Shown here: in pieces, positions 28,911 through 42,004 of the stretch | Position numbering within the stretch: position 1 is the first letter of the stretch | Layout of the letters: each line of letters opens with the position of its first letter | Assembly: GCA_964016885.1 (NCBI GenBank) | Contig: OZ024740.1 | Span: 339,636,001 to 339,700,000 of the forward strand | Origin: Eledone cirrhosa | Lineage: Eukaryota | Direction: 5' to 3' | DNA length: 64,000 nucleotides | Notes under the pieces: model-generated | Seen by the model: the letters and a program-made list of their open reading frames with translations, nothing else | What the model was told of the DNA's origin: nothing | Databases searched by the model: none | Made by a program: the position numbers and the translations under genes

Positions 28911-29103
28911 ATTAAAACCATATGCAGTGTCTCTCATTAGAAATGTGGGAATAAAAAGGTTTAGCTTCAGGTCAGCTCTAAAACAATAGACCTATGTTCA
29001 AAAATATTCCAGCTGTGATCATCTCGTCTTTTATTCAGACTTAGCATACTGTGTACATTACTACATTAACCCTTTCTTCATCATATTAATTAGAAATAAT
29101 AAA

Positions 29104-29287
29104 GCGGCGGATTGGCAGTATCGGTAGAGGGTCAGACGCCATGCTTTGCAGCACAGTTACGTCCCTTTACGGACTGAGTTCAAATCCCGCCAAGGTTAAC
29201 TTTGCCTTTCATCCTTACGGGGTCGATAAAATAAAGTACCAGTAATACACTGGGATAATTGCTGGCTTTGTGCCAAAATTAGAAACA
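29104..29287 (+). mobile_element. tRNA-derived SINE family A, full length
   Basis: A box tggcagtatcgg, B box gagttcaaatccc, core gcctttcatccttacggggtcgataaaataaagtacc. 16-bp TSD attaattagaaataat (29085-29100 and 29288-29303). Confidence 0.92.
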
Positions 29288-29413
29288 ATTAATTAGAAAT
29301 AATTTTGAAAATAATAATGAATTTCAAGTGATTTAATAATACAACTAATTTTTCCATTATTAAGTTTGATTATGTTTAGAACATAATTTAACAAGGTTCT
29401 TATATAGAATTAT

Positions 29414-29598
29414 AATTGTTTCTATTTTAGGCACAAGGCCAGCAATTACCCAGTACATTACTGGTACTTTATTTTATCGACCCCGTAAGGATGAAAGGCA
29501 AAGTTAACCTCGGCGGTATTTAAACTCAGATCATAAAGGGACGTAACTCTATGCTTCAAAGCATGGTGTCCGACTCTCTACCGATACTGCCAATCCAC
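29414..29598 (-). mobile_element. SINE family A
   Basis: Reverse complement of 29104-29287. Confidence 0.92.
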
Positions 29599-30460
29599 AT
29601 AATGAAAGGTTTTAAGTAAATATAAACACTTTAAAATAAACAGCTTTGTATCATAAAACCAGACAGTTTGCAATCAAAAGGGTTATGTTCCAGACAGAAG
29701 CTTAATCATGAGAAAGTTAGTTATATTACTAAATCTCTTAAAATTCTTGAATATTTTGAAAAGTATTTTAAAATCATAGACAGTGTCTTTCATTAGAAAT
29801 ATGGCAATAAAAGCATTAAGTTATTCCAATTCTAAACATTCAGACTAAGTCTCTGGTCTAAAAATAATTTCCTTGCTTCCTTTCACTTCCACTCATAAAC
29901 ACCTTGAAAAGTGTTATGATGAATGTTTTTCCTTTACTGACTAAGTCATTAATATATATACAGCTACAACCTTTCATTTTCTACAAATTCTGAACTCTAA
30001 AATCACTGCCAATCTTTATGATAATTATGCATTTAGAATATAGCTATGACTGCTCGACAATGGCTAGATCTTTTCTTTTCCGAGCCAGAAAATAGTTCAC
30101 TTTCAACATTCTGCCCTATATTAGATTACTGCTCACGTATCCGTTGGAGCAACTCCAAAACATGCAGATTTGGTTCACTATAAAAGAAAAACCAATGAAG
30201 GTTTTCCATCAACTTCATGGCATACTATAAGGTTCTACAACGACTAGCGTTCTTTTCCATTGCGTCCACTTTCTGTCACTTAGTTTGTTACTACTATAGT
30301 TTCTGCTAATCGTCTACAATTTAAATTGGCTCTGTAGTTAAGAAGTTTGCTTTACAACCAGTTAGTCCTGGGTTCCAATAGGAATAGCACTTGCTCCACC
30401 GATTAATCAAAGCATACTGTTTTCAATTAAAAAAAAAAAAAACTTTTCATCTTGTGTAAG

Positions 30461-30625
30461 TACAGGCATGGTTGTGTGGTTAAGGAGTTTGCTTCACTAC
30501 CATGTATTTTGGGGTTTACTCCCACTGCATTGCACATTGGTCAAGTGTCTTCTACTTTACCCTCAGGCTAACCAATACTTTATGAGTGAAATTTGGTAGA
30601 CAGAAACTGCAAAAGCCTGCTGTTA
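30461..30625 (+). mobile_element. tRNA-derived SINE family C (also 21749-21885 +, 53240-53362 +, 6960-7116 -, 48843-49005 -, 51905-52045 -)
   Basis: Recurring caggcatggctgtgtggttaag...caagtgtcttctact...tttggtagacagaaactg followed by a microsatellite. Confidence 0.8.
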
Positions 30626-30643
30626 TGTATGCTTGTGTGTGTG

Positions 30644-30675
<32 letters not shown>

Positions 30676-30945
30676 GGGATAGCTGGAGTAAATGACAGAA
30701 TTATCAACCTCAAAATAGTCATAAGCAATAGAATGACAATGTTTATTTCTACTTCTGAGCCACAATCAGGATTAAGCAAAGACCTATGAAGACCTTTTAC
30801 AGCAGATGAAGGGAAAATTTGCTAGAAAAGACCTGTCCATCCTATGCAAGCATGGAAAATGGACATAAAAGAATGATGATGTTATATATATATATGTCTA
30901 TAGGTACCTGTTTGTATTTGCATCATGAAGATGCATGGCTTAAAG

Positions 30946-31404
30946 CAGAGGTCAGCAGCACCCGCGAAAGATTTTTGTCCGGCCCGCCAAAGTTTCAATC
31001 TTAAGCTAAGTGATCCCTAAAAAAGTATTCTGAATTATTTTGGATTAGAATACCGACTATAGCCACAAAACTGACTTTGCTGAATGTAATGTTTTGTGTG
31101 ACATTAACAAACAATCAAACTCGGACAGATAGTATCTCATTAAACAATTTACCATTTCCGTCTGTATTTTATTTGTGGAAAGAAATATCATTAAAGTAAT
31201 ATCACATAAAATTCATTGTTCTTCTTTAAATCCTGAGATTAAGCTAGCAAGGAAGCCTTCTTGACAGAGCAGTCTGAGGTCGAGCAAATTTATTATATTT
31301 TGATATCATGGCCTGCCAACGAGACATTGCATAGCTATGTAGCCCACCGATGAGACACTGTTTAGCAATGAGGCTCACACACCCCAAAAGGTTGTTGACC
31401 CCTG
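30946..31404. mobile_element. hAT (Charlie-like) non-autonomous DNA transposon inserted in a SINE head
   Basis: Ends CAGAGGTC...GACCCCTG with an 8-bp TSD gcttaaag/gcttagag (30938-45, 31405-12). Confidence 0.82.
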
Positions 31405-32490
31405 GCTTAGAGGTTAGAGTTGCAAGGTTGTGGTTTCAATTCATGACAACGCATTGTGTCCACTCACTGTGGCAAAAATGAGCTGTACTTGTAATTCAAA
31501 GGACCGGCCTTGTCACATTCAGTGTCATGCTGAATCTTCCTGAGACCTACATTGAGTGTACATGTCCATGTAATGATCAACTTCTTGCTGTTTTGTTGTT
31601 TGGACAACTGGAACACTTGTCCTCAAAACCATCACAATAATGTTTGATTAGTAAATTAGTGGTTCAAGAAAATGAGATTGTTAAAATAAGTACCAGATAC
31701 GAAAAGTACGTATTGGGGTCGATATGATGCACTAAATCCTTTTAAACCCATGCTCCAGCATGACAGTAGACTGAAACCAGTAATAGAAAGTAAAGCAAAA
31801 GTCATATCTTTTACAGTGAATTTATTTTAAAACCTATTTCTTGCTTTTAGCATTTTCAGAAATTATCAAACATACTTTTTCCAATGGAGACAGAAAATTT
31901 CTAAACTTACTTTTATAGTCCATTATCAGCTCTTACATTGGTGCATTTTTAATGTGAACTAATGTAAATATTGCTTCATATTTTTAATAATGGATATATA
32001 AGTATTTATCTCTATAAAACAAATCCATCTTTCTATTCTGTATAGCAAGTAAATATACTGTATCCATTATTTTTGTCTAAATAGCTCCATGTTAACATTA
32101 AAAAACAAAACAATATATCCATATTATATTTTCCTCTATATGTTCACATAAATTATTTATGGATATGCTTACTTGTGCTATTCTCAATTCTTCACAAATC
32201 TTTTTTTACATTAAACATAAAACAGAAATTCTTGATTTGGAATTTGTGTTAGGAATTAGATTCCAATAAAATCCATGATAGTCAGAGGATTTAAAGATAC
32301 AGTCTCATTCAAACGGACTCAATGATGGCACTTAACCTACCAAACTAAATGCCATATATATTTTTTTTCTCTTTGCTTACCTATTCTCATTGTCATTCTC
32401 CAGCTTCCATAAAATTCCTACTTAATAAAATTATTATATCAGGTATATAAATGTTGCTAACATTTCATGTATACTTAATGTGCTTATATC

Positions 32491-32549
<59 letters not shown>

Positions 32550-32730
32550 GGATGTGTATAATCATAGATACATACACAGTGTGGTATAAATGAAACGTTT
32601 GTGAAATTTATAGACATTATATAATAATTTTATTAAGTAATAATTTCATGAAAACTAGGAAGCAGTAATGAATTATATGCCTGTCTGTCTGTATGCATGT
32701 CTGTCCATCTGTCTGTGTGTATGTATATTT

Positions 32731-33222
32731 ACTTGGTGAGGAAGGTGATTTTGGACACCCTGCAGGACACAAAACAAAACCTGACAAAGGGTGGAAGAAC
32801 TCATAAGAGTCAACGGCCATCCAAAAATGTGTAAATATGTATATATATGTATGCATGTGTGTGTATATGCGCGGAGATATAAAAATAATTGGGCTGGATA
32901 CCCAGTGGCGCGGTTAAACCAACAGGAGTGAAGAACCCCTAGCCTTTGTCAGGGCATTCTTCTAGGAGAAAGCAACTCAGCAAACTGGGATATCTCCAAC
33001 ATAAAACCTGCAGCTCAGTAGTTACCGATGATGTTGATCTTTTTTCTTCTTTTCGAGTTATAGCTACTGTCGCTCAGAGAGTGGGATTGCCTCAGTGCAC
33101 AGTCTTTCCTCACTTTAAAAAAAATCTTCACGCACAGGCATTGCACGATAGCATTAATTGATAATTATTAATAATGTTATATCATGCAAGGGCCATACTT
33201 GATAATGAGGGGACAGCCATCA
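32731..33222 (+). mobile_element. Same retroposon superfamily (a fragment plus an approximately 350-bp copy)
   Basis: 32731-32826 matches 17068-17162; 32870-33222 matches 61832-62183. Confidence 0.7.
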
Positions 33223-36200
33223 TGTATGTATCATGCATGTATGCATGGTTCTCTCTTTTAATTTTGAGTTTATTTTTGACTGGCCACCTTCCTGGTGGCA
33301 AGATCGTAAAGAAAAGGAAATTATTATTATTGTCTCTTGTGTAAGTGTTCCTCTTTTGAATCATAAGAATATTTTTAAAATTTTGAAGGTTCCAGATATA
33401 GTGGCCATTTGTAGCTTATGAATTAAGGAGCTATAGTCTTTCTCTTCAAATCCAAGTTCAGTAATACTTTGGTCTAGGTGGGTTAGTAATAACCTGTAGC
33501 TCCAATAATATGTATGCATGTATATATATATGTATGTATATATACACACACATCATTAATTTATATTCACCTTTCCATGCCAATATAGTTTAAGTAGGTT
33601 GTCATAGTCCTAGTCAACTCTTATTTGGAGTTCAAAGAGCATGTCTTGCTTGTATGTTCTATTTTTTACATATTTTTTACAGTTGGATCCCTTCCAACAT
33701 CCAGCTTCTTTAAAAATTGTACTGAATTCATTTTATTGTGGCACCAACACTGGAGGGGTGCCCTTGTTCCTTTTTAATATACTTTGTCCTTGTTTGTTTG
33801 CCAAATATTTCACAGAATGTCCTGGGTGTGATTTATCTTAGCACCAACACTACCAAAGTTGTCTAGTCTCCTGTATGGTTACAAAGTCTGTTCTACCCTA
33901 TGTTATCTCCATTTATTCTTTCACCAATACTAGAAAGTTGTCCTGGCTCTGATAAGAAGAAAGAAAGTCCTCATTCCTCTGTATTGTTGTCTTTGTATGT
34001 TATTTTTTTTTTCATTTCCTATATAACTGAGTGAAAAAAGGATCAGAGCATAAGAGTAAAAAAAGAGAACCAGAGTGATACAAGAAAAAGAGCATAATAG
34101 ATGAGAGTGTGATGGAGTTATAGATTGTTGGTAAAAAGATAGGAGCAACATAAGCAAGAGGTTGGTGAGTGTGAGAGTGAGAGTGTAATGGATTGTAGTT
34201 GGAGAGAGAGAATGTGAATAAAAGCTATCAATAAAGTAGGGTGGTTGTAAAAGGGGATTGAATATGGACACACCCAATGTGATACAGTTCTTCTTTACAG
34301 AGGTGGCATGAGAGAGAACATATAATAAGGAGACATATTGATAGTTGAAGGAGTGAATGAAAGATGAGAGTAATGGTGTGGGGGACAAAGCAATATACAG
34401 TCAGATGATAAATGTTAAATCAAGCAATTGATTAAGTCTACCATTCAAATAGGCCGCAATGAAATTTGAACTTAGAATATGAAAAGCTGGAACAAATACC
34501 ACAAAGCATCTTGCCCAGTGCTCTAACAATTCCACCAATCCACTTTATTTAGTACCTTCAGAAAGATGAAAATTAAAGTTGGTTGAGGCAGGATTTAAAA
34601 TTAGAGTACAAAGTACTGCAACAAATACTGCAAGGCATTTCATTGTGTGCTATAGCAACCCTGTCAAGTTACCACCAATCATTAGCTGCTGTTTGGATCA
34701 TAACTTAACAAAAGGTTCTTATATAAAATTATAATGGAAGGTTTCAATTTAAATATGAGCACTTTCAAAAAGTTGGTTTTATATAATTGAACCAAAGGTA
34801 GATTTAGGCAGGTTGGCATCAAAAGGAATAATTTACCATGATCTGCTGGTTCTAAATGTCTTCAAAGAAGAAAAGCTAGATTTTCTTCTCAGAGCCAGGA
34901 AATATCTCAGCTTTGAAAAATTACTGACATCCACAAGACACAAGTGTTTATTATATTAAAGTGTTGCTCACATAGGTGAAGCAGTACAGCTGCTACACAC
35001 AAACATTGTAGTCTACATCAGAAGACAAAGTTATCCATGGAATTTGTGAGGCTTCACTAACCAATTTACTTTAACCACAAGAATATCAGGGAGCTGTTAA
35101 CAGAACCTCTACATAATTAATTGTCATGCTAGAAATAGTAACTAAATTTCCTTCAAATCATACTTTAAATGGCATTTGTCTATCTTTTATGACAATACAA
35201 GAGCAACATTACTCATCAGCAATCACTCTATCTAGCCACAATTTACCTCTATGGGAGAAGTGATTGGTTAAGATGAAATGACAATCTTGGCTAGGTCTGA
35301 TTTAAGCTATCTTGGGTTGTCCTTGCATTTATCATGAACTTTCTGTTTTCTGTGTTGCTTTGAATCATAAGAAAGGCAAATCATATTCCACCATCTTAAA
35401 AAAGGAAAGGGAACATTAGATAATGTAAGATCCGAAATCCAAGGAAAAAGTTAATAGAAAATAAATAAATTTGCCAGGGAGAAAAATCTTTCTTTGAAGA
35501 GAAATAATACAAGCAACTACAACAAGCACGTTAAAGCTATTTTCCTTCATAAAGCAGGTGTTAGCCTTCCAGGTCCCATGACAGACTTCATTAAACTCGT
35601 CATGGGGTCTTTTTCATGTGTTAACACTTTTAGTTGCCTCTTAAGACATGCAGAGAAATTGTGTATCTATTCTAAACTGGATACATAAAGAAAGAAAGAA
35701 TATAGAGATTAATACCACAGTTATACGAGATTGAAAATAATGTAGTATTAGATACCTTCTAAAAGACATGATGGTCACAACTGGGATGTCTTTGATCATA
35801 TGTCTGTTTACCAGGAATGACCTGGGGCTAAAAAGCAACAACTGGGATATTAATTTAGTTTTCTCTCTTTCTTTTCTGTTGTCCCTAAACAGTTTTTGTT
35901 CAACTCAACTAACAAGCTGTCATCCGGTTTAAAACTACCATTTGACCCTTTACCAATCAGGTTTCCGGTTTATGGATAGCTCCCCCCTTCCCACTAGTAT
36001 CAGAAGTTTAAAAGGGGCCACAGGTACTGCCCTACCTCCCCGGCTAAATATGCATCTCCAGAACTCATTCCTCACCCATGTTTTTCACTACATACACCAA
36101 CCTTCAGAAGTTCTACCCACACATCAAGTGTGCTCATTTTACCAACAAACAAAGAACCCTCTAGACAGTGGCTCGTTGACTTGCTAGAAATAGCAGCTAA

Positions 36201-36294
36201 AATTCCCTCAAATTATTATACCATACATTTTGGAAATGGAAAGATACATATGAAAACAAACAAAGTCTTAAACATACTTTTCTAAAAAGATTGG

Positions 36295-36690
36295 ATTACT
36301 CTGTTGCATGGTAGTGAGATATGGTTATTGAATACAGAGGATGTGCAAAGTCTAGAAAGAAATAAGATGAGCATACTCTACTGGATATGTAATGTATGAT
36401 AAAACACAGATGAGTTAAGAAAAATTGGGCACAAGAGGAATTGGATATAGTGTGCAAGATAGATTGTATTGGTATGGACTTGTAAGACATATGGATGTTG
36501 GTAGTTGGGTAAAGAAGTACCAGGAAATGCAAGTGAAAGGAAGATGTGGTGAAGAAAGATCAAGAAAGACTTGAACAGAAATGGTGAAAGCTGATCTCAT
36601 GATCATGAACCTTACAAAAGAGATAACAAAGGATAGAAGCAAGTGTACAGAAGTAAACTCATCTAACCTTTGCAAATATGGATGCTATCA
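36295..36690 (+). mobile_element. Old degenerate RTE 3' coding fragment
   Basis: Remnants of LHGSE.W, L.WICN, LYWYG, WVKKYQEM.VKG, with stops. Confidence 0.7.
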
Positions 36691-39600
36691 CGATGTTACC
36701 TCTTGTCTAGTTGGTACCCTGCTCCAGCGACATCTCCCTCGTGGCCCAGAAGAAGTTTTCTCATAGAAACTGCTATAGGTCTCAATCTCTTCACCCCTTA
36801 ACCTTCCCATCCTACATATCACATAGAATTTCTCTGGATTTATATTTAGCAAAGGGATCTTTCAATTCCTCATCTTCATCTCCACATTATCCTCTGTCTC
36901 TGAATCTGTCTATCCCTTACTCTAAAGTCACTAATCAGTAATCTATGTTGGATCATACATTCCTCTGCTGAGGAAAGATTTAGTATTTACAACCATCTGT
37001 CTATCCCATTTTCTAGAGAGTATGAAGTCTATATATCTTATATAAATACAACTATTTTACTCTTCTTGTTCATATTAGAAATGTCACATTCCATTAAAAT
37101 GATATTTTATTTTATCAGGGGAGTTGCTGTGTTATTTAAATTTTATATGTATTTACTTATAAACTGTATCAGCAGATAATTTTATCAAAAACATTTAACT
37201 TTAAAAATAATCTTTTAATGTTATTTCCAAACATCAGACATTTTAATTGCTTATATTTTCAATCATCTCCTCCTATTTTACTTATATCATCAGATTTAAT
37301 TACAATTTATTTATGAACATAACTAAATAACTAAGTTCTCACATAAAAAAAAAACTATTCTTAGCATCATCATCATTTTTACATTTACTTTTCATACTGG
37401 CCTGGGTTGGATGGGTTGTCACAGTCAAAGTCAGTTCTTATTCAAAATGACTGCCCTCCTCGATGGGGCACCTCTTGTTTTTGCTGTCTATTTTTGGCTT
37501 TCTTTCTATAACTGGATACCCTTCCTAACACCAATCACTTTACAATGTATACCGGGTACATTTTTCAAATCTTGCAAGACTCATTATCATCATCATCATA
37601 CATCAGTTTTTCCATACCTGCATGGGTTAGACAAGTGTAAATGCAAAATTATAATTTCAGTTAATGCAAATTTTCCCATCTTTATCCCCCTTTCCTGGTA
37701 CTGTGATTGTTTAAAGCAGTTGCTGAATCAGCTACTTCATCATCATCATCATCATTTAACGTCCATTTTTCCATGCTTGCATGGGTCAGACAGGCTGTCT
37801 GCATCAAGAGACAAGTCGGGCCAGGATTAGCCACACCATATCTTGCTCTGACAGGACTTTAAATTTGAGCAGGGTTTTTACAGCTGAATGCCCTTACTAA
37901 TACCAATCACATTTACAGCCACTTAAAAAAATAGGTACACCGGATAATATTGCCACAGATACACTATGTTACAATAAAGATATGATTGTCATGGCTGGAA
38001 CACCAATAATCATAGATCTGCTTGATCAAGTTTAGCCTCAAGCTAAACTACAGTAACACTATATAGCTTCTGTGGAGAATATTCTATTTATATTTTGGGG
38101 TTGTCAACCCAAGACTATTACATAAGAATCATTTATATAATTCAGACTCCATTTTCAATTTTTCATCAGAAACTAGAATTCTTCTCTCAGTGTTTTCTGT
38201 TAATCTCTCTAAGCTGTTCTGTTAGTGTTGTTTACTTGACAATTTTCCTTTAATTCTAATGGAAGTCTAATCCTTTAAACTCTGACCCATATCTATTTGT
38301 ATAGTCACAACAATGAGCTTCCATGCAACAATCTCAGAAACAATTGGCTCTGGTTCTATGAAACAAAACCACATATTTTAAAGGATTCTTATTTAAATCA
38401 TAATTTTATATATGAACCATGTTAAGCTACTATCTTAGTAATGAAATAGTTAGTAATTTTAGTAAATATTTCAAAATTCCTCAATGATCAATTGAAATAG
38501 AGCATATTTCATTAGAAATATGGTTAGGTAAGGATTACATTGGATTAAAATATAATAAATATATGAACTTGACGAAAACCTCATCAATGCCTGTCAAGCT
38601 TTGACAATGATGTAAAATAATTGATACAACATGTAGAAAACAGTGTAAATAATTGTAGTAAACACAAGTGAACTGTAAAATGGAATACTGGACTGACAAG
38701 ATACAGTCGAAGATTATCAGGACCAGAATACTTGAACACTAGATTCAAAGCATGGCATGAAACAGCTACAAATTACTGACATTGATATCTGCTCTAAAAT
38801 ATATATATATATATATATTTGCTTGATTTAAACATTTCTATATCTGTTTGAGGCAGAAACATCAGACCTTTGGAGGTCGATAACAAAAGTTCCAGTCCAG
38901 TACTGGGAACGTTTCTTCCTCTCTATCTCTTTCTTACTCCTTCACTATCCCCCCTCTCTCTCTCTCTCTCCTTTGTTCAGACATGGAGAGGGATAAGCTC
39001 TGCCAGGTTTTAAAATGCCCATGAAGCACTTTACATCACTACAGGCCCCCCATGACTCCACCAAGAGTTGCATATCCATACATACTTGCATACATATATG
39101 CATGTACGCATGCATGCATCCAAGCATGCACATACATACACATACACACATACACACACACACACATATCTGTTTAACCTTCCAGCTTGGGTTGAATATT
39201 TCTGGATAACATTTCCACAAATTATTGGAGCAAACATTTTGACTGCAGTGATTTCATGCCATCATCCAGTTAATATTGGGTATTTTCCATTCCCATCTAT
39301 TTTGAGGGTATTAGAAAGCCTTGCTCAATGATACATTAAGCTATCAGCGTTACAAACTTTATTCTTTGTTGACTATATAGCTGGTGTCCCTGGGTTTTTA
39401 TCTTTGCTTCTTCCATACCTCAGTCTATTTTTCAAGTTGTCATTCAGTGCTCATTTGCTAAAATCCTATATAGATGTCTCTCAGGTTGTATTAAGATCTA
39501 GAAGTAATGGTTTGCTTTGTATTGTATGATTTGCTGCTGAGGTTTAATAAAACTGGAAAATGCAAGGATTTGTCACCACACTTCCAAAGATTGAACTCAC

Positions 39601-40021
39601 ATCCTTAGAGAATTCTAGTTTGAATTTTAATTGATTTAAATGTTGGGATTGTATCCCCTGCTTGCTTTATTTTTTTTTTTTTTTTACTGGAATTAATATA
39701 TCAGATAACAATTCCTTTCTTTTTCTCCTCACCAAGTATGTAATTTTAATTCATAAGAATTCTTGTCTCACCACATTTAGTACAGTAGCATCCACTATAT
39801 TCTCCGTGTTAGGGATTGGCTCTGTGATGTTTAGGTCACTGGTTTAACTGTTACATTTTTCAGTTGACATACCAAAGATTTCTGTGTATCCATTTAATAT
39901 ACAGGTGTCTAAGAATATATTGTCTAAATATCTATATTCAAGAACCCCCTTCCCTCATGTCGCTATGATTTTTAAATATTTGTACATAATTTCATTAACC
40001 AATATATCTCTTCTTTTTCAG

Positions 40022-40154
40022 CCTGAAGGGAGAATTGTCGGCTTAGCTTCTGATATACATGATGGTCTTCTTTTCTGGTCTGATGTCAGTGAAAGCAAGC
40101 GTGGTATTTATAGATCTTACTTAAATGGTAGTGATGTACGACTAATCTTGAAAG
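40022..40154 (+). CDS. Internal exon of a YWTD beta-propeller (LDL-receptor class B repeat) protein, LRP/nidogen/EGF-precursor-like
   Basis: Pyrimidine tract and acceptor (ctcttctttttcAG, AG at 40020-21) and donor AAAG|GTCAGT at 40155. Encodes PEGRIVGLASDIHDGLLFWSDVSESKRGIYRSYLNGSDVRLILK, matching the class B pattern G-L-A-x-D...L-F-W-S-D...I-Y-R-x-x-L-N-G-S. 133 nt, phase 0 to phase 1. Confidence 0.88.
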
Positions 40155-40246
40155 GTCAGTGAACTATTTCATTTAACTCTCTTTGTTTAACAGAATTTCT
40201 AACACATTTCACCAATGTTTTGTTTTGTTTCACATGTAAACAAATG

Positions 40247-40277
<31 letters not shown>

Positions 40278-40495
40278 ATCATTTAGCGTCTGTCTTTGAC
40301 TGCTAGCAAGGGTTGCAGAGGTCTTCATAGAACTACTGACCGCAAGATGGGCCTGGGAATTACATCTCATTTACATACATTCCTGCTCTTTCTCTTTCAG
40401 CCTTTCTCTCGCTCTCTCACTTTTTTCTCTATATATAGAGAAATATATATATATATATATATGTGTATGTGTATATAAATATATATATGTATATG

Positions 40496-40840
40496 TACGA
40501 TATTAAACAAATGGAAACTATATTTATAAAACCATATTTATTTCATTATACATATTTCATATTACTACCAAGCCAGCCTCCTACCTTAATGGTCGCTATA
40601 TTTATGGTACGTCAAAATTATTTATAAAACTGGTTATATATTGTATTTTATCTGACGAAGGCATGCCATATTTTTAATATGGTATCCCTGAAATATGTAT
40701 AATGAAATAAATATGGTTTTATAAATATAGTTTCCATTTGTTTATTATCGTATATCTACTCCAAAAACTTGTCGAGTGCTTTATATCAGTTATAAAATAT
40801 TTACTTGTTGTAACCCAACAATTTTAAATAAAACTTTTGC

Positions 40841-40842
<2 letters not shown>
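40496..40842 (+). mobile_element. Hammerhead-bearing Penelope-like pseudo-LTR element with inverted arm
   Basis: 40496-40559 is the reverse complement of 40689-40752. (TA)n flanks. The 3' end recurs at 60975-61070 (minus). Confidence 0.72.
40644..40709 (+). ncRNA. Type I hammerhead ribozyme motif
   Basis: uauuuuau-CUGACGA-aggcaugccauauu-uuu-aauaugguaucccu-GAAAU-augu-AUA|augaaaua. 8-bp stem I, 13/14-bp stem II, minimal near-palindromic stem III. Confidence 0.8.
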
Positions 40843-40886
<44 letters not shown>

Positions 40887-40902
40887 GTATATATATAGAG
40901 AG

Positions 40903-41372
40903 AGAGCACTAGAAGTCAATGGAAGCCGCAGAGTGGGGAGACCCAAGAAGACCTGGGGCCGACCTTACCCAGTTGCACTTCTCAAAGGCGATGACACACG
41001 ACCGTGACCTCTGGCGTCATGCAGTAATACAGAGTACCCGACCTCCTATGGGTACAAGCTGAAGCATATAGACAATATGCCCCCACACCCTCCCACTGCA
41101 AAGTAGTCGTGGAGGTGCCACGGCAAAAAAGCACCCAGCCCACACTGTAAAGTGGATGTGTAGGCGCCACGGAAAAAAGCACCCAGCACTCACTGTAAAT
41201 GAGGTTGGTGTTAGGAAGGGCATCCAGCTGTAGAAACCAAGCCAAAATCAGTTCCTGTATAAGCAAGGCATGGTCAGCCGACCAGACACTACCCACAACA
41301 GGACAACCCATCTAACCCATGCTAGCATGGAAGAACGGATGTAAAATGGTTATGATGATGATGATGATGATG

Positions 41373-41374
<2 letters not shown>
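40903..41374 (+). mobile_element. RTE A1 3' fragment (ORF end, 3' UTR, (GAT)n) in a (TA)n tract
   Basis: Matches 45407-45880 with a small deletion. Confidence 0.92.
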
Positions 41375-41421
<47 letters not shown>

Positions 41422-42004
41422 CATAGTAGGACCCCGACGCCTGAGCTCAAGCCGTTTCGACGGGGTCCTACTTGTTCCTATTACCCACTCTACTAGCCTA
41501 AGTATTGAGTACTTTGGTGCGTTATGGTCCATCTGGTTCCTTACCACATTTCCTTCGTTATATATATATACATATATAATAACTAGAAATTGATTAACAT
41601 ATAAATAAACATGAATAATCACAGGAGATAATTTTTACAAGTGTGTAACCACACATAGCTAGGTAGGTAACTAAATAAAGTTGACCAGAACTTCAAAAAT
41701 AGATACCTTATAATATGATTAATCTTCCTTGTATATATTCCATTAAAGAAATATATTTCACCAATTAATCGGATGGTAAACCACGGAAGTGGAGACTTGG
41801 ATTTTCAACAAGGAAGAAGTTCCAGCAATCCGTGTTTACACTTCAAGTTCAAATCAGCGACTGGCCAGCAACACGTGGTATATCTATTAGAAATACACAC
41901 ATCATACTAGCTTCGTCCCAGTGGCGTGAATAGGATTATCGACAACTAGAAACAGCAGTCGAGTCCTTTCAACAGAGTTAGCTCTACAATTAAGGAGCCG
42001 TATT

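Larger units (their letters stand above)
29070..29682. mobile_element. piggyBac-like MITE family 2 carrying two nested SINEs
   Basis: TTAA-CCCTTT...AAAAGGG-TTA ends. The internal MITE sequence resumes between and after the SINEs. Confidence 0.72.

Noticed and set aside
29104-29190. tRNA genes at A/B-box motifs
   Set aside because: No complete cloverleaf; always followed by SINE body and tail.
38668-38742. In-frame YWTDKIQSKIIRTRIL 1.3 kb upstream of the YWTD exon
   Set aside because: Bounded by stops (TAA 38659 and a TAG shortly after), with no pyrimidine tract or usable donor. Treated as coincidence, though cheap to check by RNA-seq.
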